From Antedon mediterranea (taxonomy: Eukaryota; Animalia; Echinodermata), in contig NC_092677.1 in assembly GCF_964355755.1 (NCBI RefSeq), positions 16,266,101 to 16,330,100 of the forward strand: 64,000 bases of DNA. Direction: 5' to 3'. Shown in pieces: positions 59,201 to 64,000 of the stretch. The position numbers were made by a program, and so were the translations under genes. The number at the start of each line of letters is the position of its first letter. Position 1 is the first letter of the stretch. The notes beneath the pieces were generated by a model, which saw only the letters and a program-made list of their open reading frames with translations, had not been told where the DNA came from and did no database searches.

Positions 59201-62112
59201 TCGAATATTCTGATCGGCAACATGTATTTCCATTTTAAATACGTCAAACAAGCTTTTAGCTAAAAACAATTTATTTGCTGTCCGTTAAAAAAACAAAAAA
59301 CTCTTGATATTCTATCCTTAAGATAATCCATACATCTGCAGCTGAACTTTCTTAAAGAGAACTCGAATGTTTTTTCATCACGAGGTGAGCTTTTAACTCC
59401 CAGGCCTCGGCTGGATATCTGTACCAAACGCACCTGAAATCACAGTCTAACTTGGTCGTGAGTAACCGACGAGTAACCCTGGACTACGGTCGTGTTCACA
59501 CACTCGATATTCTACGGTATTATGTCTAGAGACAATCAACACCAACGGCAGTTTCTTGTCTGCTAACTCCAACCTTTGTACCAACATACCAAATCTGAGA
59601 CACGTATTGTTGAATATTTTATTGTCATCATCTGACATCTTTTTCGGAATAGATAATAATGAATAAACAGCAATTTAAAAAAATATTTGTCAATGTTATG
59701 TATTGAACTGTGATCGTATGTGAATGAATAAATAGCCGAATTGCTCCAAGAGAAAAAAAGCCTTTGTCACACACATTAGTTACTGTGGCTGTCTACTGAC
59801 AGTATACGGTACGGCCTTATTTTCAAATATGTTGTGTGTCAGGGATTTTCTACAAGCCAGCTATTTGGTTGAATAGGTAAGTACTTTTCACGCTGCTGCT
59901 CTAGCCAGCTACGTCCCATGAGGACTATTCACTCAGAAGCTAAAGCAAGCAGCAGTTATAGTATCTAAGGCCGACAGTTTTGCGACTTTATAAACTCGAC
60001 TATAATTTATAGATCCCAGCTGCTGGACCAAAAAAAATCAGAGAAAAGAGAGTCTATTAGGGCTCACGGTTGAAAGATTTTGGATTCTCGCCCTTTGATT
60101 GGTTGACGCGAATCAACAGACTGGGAAGAATTTCTCACTTTTACTGCTGTAAAGTCACCTTGTCTCTAGAGGGTATTCAGTAGCATGCCTACAGGTTGAG
60201 GTCACACACACAGCACATTAAAGTTCAAAATTGACCATTTTTAAATGGGCATGTGATTCATAATTAAAGAACAACTTTGATTTGTATGTATTTTTTTGGG
60301 ATTAAAGGACATATTTTTAATAATTAATCATAAATATATCTGAAGAAAGAACAATAATTAATTTTAAAATGTCGAGCAGCGTTTTTTGTAAGAAATATTT
60401 CTTGTTAAATATTTATTTAGGGGATGTGTTATGGAATGGATAGGTCTGCCTGGAATGTGTGAAGTCGAGTAATTATTTTTGTACACGCCAGCTTTTTGCA
60501 AATTACGATAACAAATTTACAAAGAATATAGAAAGTCTGTAATACAACATTATTCAAATTAATTGTTGACAATGCTGTTATTTGTTAAGCTCTGTAATGT
60601 CTCTATAATATTGCCTTCGGGATTAAATGGAATAAGCAGTTTTGTCAACATTTCTAAAATGACAATGAATGATTTTACCGTATTATTAATTCCATACATC
60701 AGCAAAAAGACTCGAGACAGTGAACCAATCTTTCTTAATTATTTATCATGCGTAAAGAGGCAGGCTAATACAATACTCAGATAAATCACTGTGTTCTATT
60801 TCAGACGTTTGGTGATGGATATGTTATGTTGTTTTGCCTTAAACAAAATTAATTCGGAATAGCAACGTAAAAATGTCTTGGCTTAGAAAATTGCTATCTA
60901 AAAAAATGTATTTACATTGTTTCGTACAGTACAGTACGTCGGTTATTGTTTAATTATTAACAATTAGCATTAACTCCCTTTCAACTGCTATAATGATATC
61001 ACAACATTTCTCGTACCGTGATCTTATATTTCCTTTAAACTACTTCGTTTCGTCAGTTTATCAGATACCAACAATTATGGCAAGATAAACAGCAACAAAT
61101 TATAAAAGGAATATTTAGAGCGGTAAAACTATATTGATATATCGAAGGCCGACAAGCCTTCCATATAAATCCTGTACCAAAGATTATGGCATGGTACCAC
61201 CAATTGAGAATAACCGAGATGTTGCAGATTCGAATCTCGCTACAAGTTGTGGCTTTCATACAATATTAAACATACGATCATGACATGTTTGTTCTCAAAT
61301 TAGCACATCCGTGTATTTATCATTATACACAGCGTTATGACCTTATGCCCGTGCCATTGGTTGATACTACAATAGGCCTATATGAATATTTTAGTTGATT
61401 CCATATCAATGTTATTTCGTATCATTCAGTGGTTAAAATACAAGAGAAAACCCACCTCTAGTGTTCTATAATTGCGCTAGAATCCGACAAAAGCGACACA
61501 TTTTTCTTTAGCCTATAGGCCTACCCTTTGTATTTGAATTCAGATTCAAATGTAAGCGGCAGGTAATTTTGTTAATTAGTTAAATAATAATGTATAGTAT
61601 GTGTAATGAATGTGTTTGTAGAAGGCCTGCCTACTTGTTGAATGAAGTGAATAATTATTTTTGTTGAAAACAACAGTATTCAACTCGTCTTGGCCGTTCA
61701 ATAGGCCTATAACTGTGATGACACTAGTTACAACCCGTTATGCCTGATTAATTAATAGAAGTGAGCAAAGCATAAACGGCATAGATATACAGAAAGTGGT
61801 TCATTGCGGGTACGGGAGACCAGTGTACGCTATGTAGGCCTACATAACAAGCCAGATATGTTGTAAAAATAAATGGAATGTAGGAATAAATGTCACTCTA
61901 TGAAAACATTCTCTTCATTTAAATTATTTGTTTATTATGCATGCATACTTCATTTGATTATTGTTTGAAAAAAGTTTATACTCACCAACCCGAGTAAGCA
62001 AACAGACCACTGAAGATAGCATTTGGAAGTTTTTGCCAATTAAAGTCGCTATTATGATTATCTTCAAACGGCGAATCAAATTTTCCGAGTTTTGATGAAT
62101 TTTCATTAACTC
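35292..62112 (-). CDS. SLC7 family (LAT/xCT/b0,+AT-type light chain) amino acid transporter; last 8 coding exons, 5' exons lie right of the window
   Basis: Exons 61986-62112 (..[12 protein letters not shown]), 58476-58520 ([15 protein letters not shown]), 45651-45774 ([33 protein letters not shown]), 44555-44679 (..[15 protein letters not shown]), 42106-42202 ([28 protein letters not shown]), 38663-38809 (..[12 protein letters not shown]), 36637-36814 ([17 protein letters not shown]), 35292-35356 (stop TGA). GT-AG with consistent phases and SLC7 signature motifs. Paralog not assignable by eye. Confidence 0.92.
35579..35796. mobile_element. MITE family C, uninterrupted copy in the last SLC7 intron
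   Basis: AGGCAATCTAACAACAGGA ... TCCTGCTGTTAGATTGTCT. Aligns with 31321-31796 minus the nested insert. Confidence 0.7.
39303..39467. mobile_element. MITE family B (Harbinger-like)
   Basis: TAA|AGCGTGGTTCCCAC..GACGTAACGCAA ... TTGCGTTACGTTCTAGTGGGAACCAAGCT|TTA, internally palindromic. Confidence 0.7.
40477..41358 (-). CDS. Intronless 293-aa P-loop sulfotransferase-like protein (Sulfotransfer_5 / 'branched-chain-amino-acid aminotransferase-like protein 2' N-terminal-type domain), nested in an SLC7 intron
   Basis: Uninterrupted ORF with family motifs [59 protein letters not shown] and STSF. Start context CAAAGATGG. No PLP aminotransferase domain is present. Confidence 0.85.
   Translation of the reverse strand: MGENGQVRVMLWCIPRSVSTAFTKCMSYLDGVQIINEPYVSVYFCGPDRHPFAVDDINKDSDKFHELANAVEMDYQAGWKSDTATYKFIKEDVLEGEYLDKKVVFARDMSFGITEKIDMLPKGYCHAFLIRNPTKLFPSWKNMMSKFPKESGKNLFDTSGWMPAKYGFGESLELYEHLVSSGIEKNPVIIDADDLLVNPKSILKQFCERMGIQYTDKLLSWEPTDEVVQRWKSSTMLMKGNKACDYYQTAFSSTSFSTPKPEPNRAELDDDVKACVDAAQPYYDKMYALRVKP
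43544..44136. mobile_element. Non-autonomous TTAA-TSD element (Kolobok-like)
   Basis: TTAA|AGGCCAGGTGCGGGCA ... TGCCTGTACCTGAGCT|TTAA, imperfect 16-bp TIR. Confidence 0.55.
47459..49165. mobile_element. Foldback-type element whose long TIRs are built of 14-15-bp tandem units (GGACAACTACCCCCC); 8-9-bp TSD
   Basis: C-rich array 47460-47750 and complementary G-rich array 48890-49160. GCACAGAC is duplicated at 47451-47458 and 49166-49173. Confidence 0.8.
48396..48821. mobile_element. Nested MULE-like non-autonomous element (9-bp TSD) with an internal ~22-bp tandem array
   Basis: GTTAAAAAC|GGGTGTTTCGAAACTAGAGACC ... GGTCTCTAGTTTCGAAACACCC|GTTAAAAAC. Internal TATACGAAAAGGGAGACCC repeats. Confidence 0.85.
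49185..51120. repeat. Inverted repeat pair with ~520-bp arms (49185-49703 and about 50602-51120)
   Basis: CTGCGGTCGTTCAAAGAGAAAATCAG...GGCACCCACGGGGCTGCCCGATGAAG is reverse-complemented with only a few differences at 50602-51120. Confidence 0.92.
50400..51625 (+). mobile_element. 5'-truncated, decayed RTE-clade LINE (reverse transcriptase C-terminus), split by an insertion at 50596-51120
   Basis: Translates [16 protein letters not shown] / [20 protein letters not shown] / [11 protein letters not shown] | [52 protein letters not shown] / [19 protein letters not shown], with frameshifts and stops. Ends in a (GA)n tail. Confidence 0.85.
54470..55586. repeat. 33-bp minisatellite (CATCTTTAACTCCGCCTCACTGTTCCCTCCCTT), roughly 33 diverged copies
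   Basis: Directly visible. It produces the 11-aa periodic ORFs 54421-54885, 54587-55144 and 55257-55670. Confidence 0.92.
57039..57111 (+). pseudogene. tRNA-like sequence (ATC anticodon), tRNA pseudogene or SINE-derived
   Basis: A box TGGTCTAATGG, anticodon stem TCTGC/GCAGA with loop ATATCAA, T arm CCGGG TTCGAGT CTCGG, then TTTTT. The acceptor stem is imperfect and position 32 is atypical. Confidence 0.6.
57270..57775. repeat. Three diverged ~180-bp tandem units
   Basis: Recurring AATGCAGCAGATAGT..TTTGAT.AAATAACCTG.ACT..AAAGCAATG..AATAGAAATAAGCAAAG near 57313, 57472 and 57650. Confidence 0.7.
58589..58920 (-). mobile_element. 3' end of a LINE (CR1/L2/Rex-like) with (TATCT)n tail
   Basis: Minus strand ends GAATTTCC..GGATCAATAAAAGTTATCTTATCTTATCTTATC. 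Decayed coding-like sequence (SQYNLR) upstream. Confidence 0.45.
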
Positions 62113-62898
62113 CTTTAAGAACAATAAGAATTATTAGCATAAATATAATCGTTATTATAAAAGTTTAAAAAGACTGGTGTCAATCCAGGAAAATTACTGT
62201 CATAAAACGATGTAAAATAGAACTACTGTAGGCCTACTTTGCTCTTTTGGACGATGACTCAGATAGGATGAAAAGGATCTCATGTCCTACTCCATAGGCA
62301 TGTGATACACCTTTCTGCCTCAACTATTGAGATATTTGCTAAGATTGGGGCTTATGTTTAATGAAATATCCCAAGAAAACTTATAATTTCGTAATAAGTT
62401 TACTTCACTGCTAAGTTAATAAGTAATGTACATTAAGTACATCTTGTTGATACAGATCTGTATTAAGCGTAAATGCCAGAATTAATAGAATTTAAAGAGA
62501 CATAGTAAATAGATTAGAGGGATCTAAGTCCGAGGTCTCTAATAACTACGATTAAACAAGAAACAATTCGTAATTATTAGACTTCATATAACAATATTAA
62601 AGACACTAGTTTTCATCATAGTGGCCACACCTTAATCCATTGATCGCAATTATACGTTGTAAATTACCAATACACATTAAATAGATTATAATCTTTCTCT
62701 ATTCCTTGTCAATACACAATGAACTAGCTATACGAGATCTTTACGATGATGATGATGTTAATATAAATACCTATAACATCATGATTACTGACATCATGAT
62801 AGGTAAATGATATCATCATAATTTACCCCCACGGGTACAATGAGGTCACGTTGTTTCCGATGTATACCTCACTGCAATGTCGGAGAAACCCCTCATGG

Positions 62899-63280
62899 TG
62901 TAATAAACTCACATCGTTTATTAGCATCACTGATCTGATCTGAACCGAACTATCTCTCTCTTTTAATTTCATCTTTCCTGGAAAAAGATATATCCTTTTC
63001 TTCTAACATCTCACAAAATGGTATAACAACACTGAGTGTTTCCGAATTCTACTCCTATCTCTCAGAATGTCTAATAACTCCTTCTAAAACACCAATAGTG
63101 TCCCTGGTCTGATCCTAATACTACCTCTCTCCTAATATCTAATACCGAAAGGAGTATATCGCCAACGAATTGGCACGAAGAATCTACTGTGTCCTCTATA
63201 CTCTATCTAGAATCTTCTCTTATCTTCTATTATGGTTTATTATAATATCGTCTGTGTATTGCCTTTTGAACATCACAACA
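62899..63280 (-). mobile_element. Possible solo LTR
   Basis: Minus strand begins TGTTGTG and ends AATAAACGATGTGAGTTTATTACA, with a purine-skewed body. No TSD, PBS or PPT found. Confidence 0.3.
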
Positions 63281-64000
63281 GGATGTGTACGCTCTCGCAG
63301 CAAAACTCAGTGCATTGCATGGGGATTGAACATACAGTGAACATAATATCAATTTGGGATGAGTGCATCATAAACGTTTTTCATCCTTCACTATAATAGC
63401 CTTATTGTCTTTCAATATCCGCTAACAAACATTAATGCATATATATTTTAAATTTGTCACATTTTTTGATGTTCACATTGTCACACATACTTATTATAAG
63501 CTGTCAGTTATAAAGCAAATAAATCTCGAAAAGCGCAAACTAATTAACGATCGACGATGATGTCAAGAAATACTAATCGTATAGGTTTTAATTTGTAAGA
63601 TGTGGGTGGTGGTGTTTTTTCGTGTGAAAGCGGCGGGGGAGAGGGATGGAGTTGAGAGTTGTTTTAGTAGGAACTGATTGTCATTTACGACACCTTTATT
63701 TAAAATGTAAATAATTGTCAGAGTTTTCCGAAATTGTAATATAGAAGTTTTAGAAATTCTTACAATGTGGTACGTTATTATTAAATAACGATTTTTATGT
63801 ATGGTAAACAGAAAGGCCTTTTTAGCCTGTTTATCAGCGCCTACCATAATGTTGCGTTTGATTTCCCAAAGGAACGTGCCAATAATATCTTATTAGGTTA
63901 AATAAAATGAATTCAATACAGGTTTACAAGCCATCGCCTTCAGAAGACGCTGTGTATGCTACTTCGCATTTAGACTTGCCCTAATTTATTTTTTCCCCGT

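Overview
AT-rich, intron-rich animal genomic DNA. A marine invertebrate deuterostome such as an echinoderm is my inference from gene and repeat content, not something I could verify. Protein-coding content: (1) the 5' part of HYDIN on the minus strand (28 coding exons, 19891->1171, about 1841 codons, continuing past the left edge); (2) a complete 6-exon PRELID3/SLMO gene on the plus strand (21017-26476), head-to-head with HYDIN across a short bidirectional promoter; (3) the 3' eight exons of an SLC7 (LAT/xCT/b0,+AT-type) amino-acid transporter on the minus strand (62112->35292); (4) an intronless 293-aa sulfotransferase-fold ORF (40477-41358) nested on the same strand inside an SLC7 intron. 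The most notable non-obvious elements are two paralogous 134-nt box H/ACA RNAs in consecutive PRELID3 introns, a candidate 24-nt poison microexon and a 27-nt in-frame microexon in HYDIN, a possible in-frame splice from SLC7 into the nested ORF, and a TSD-less 525-bp inverted copy of neighbouring DNA that splits an RTE LINE. The rest is MITEs (Harbinger-, Kolobok-, MULE-, Tc1/mariner- and Helentron-like), Deu-type SINEs and minisatellites. All coordinates were read by eye, and no searches were run.
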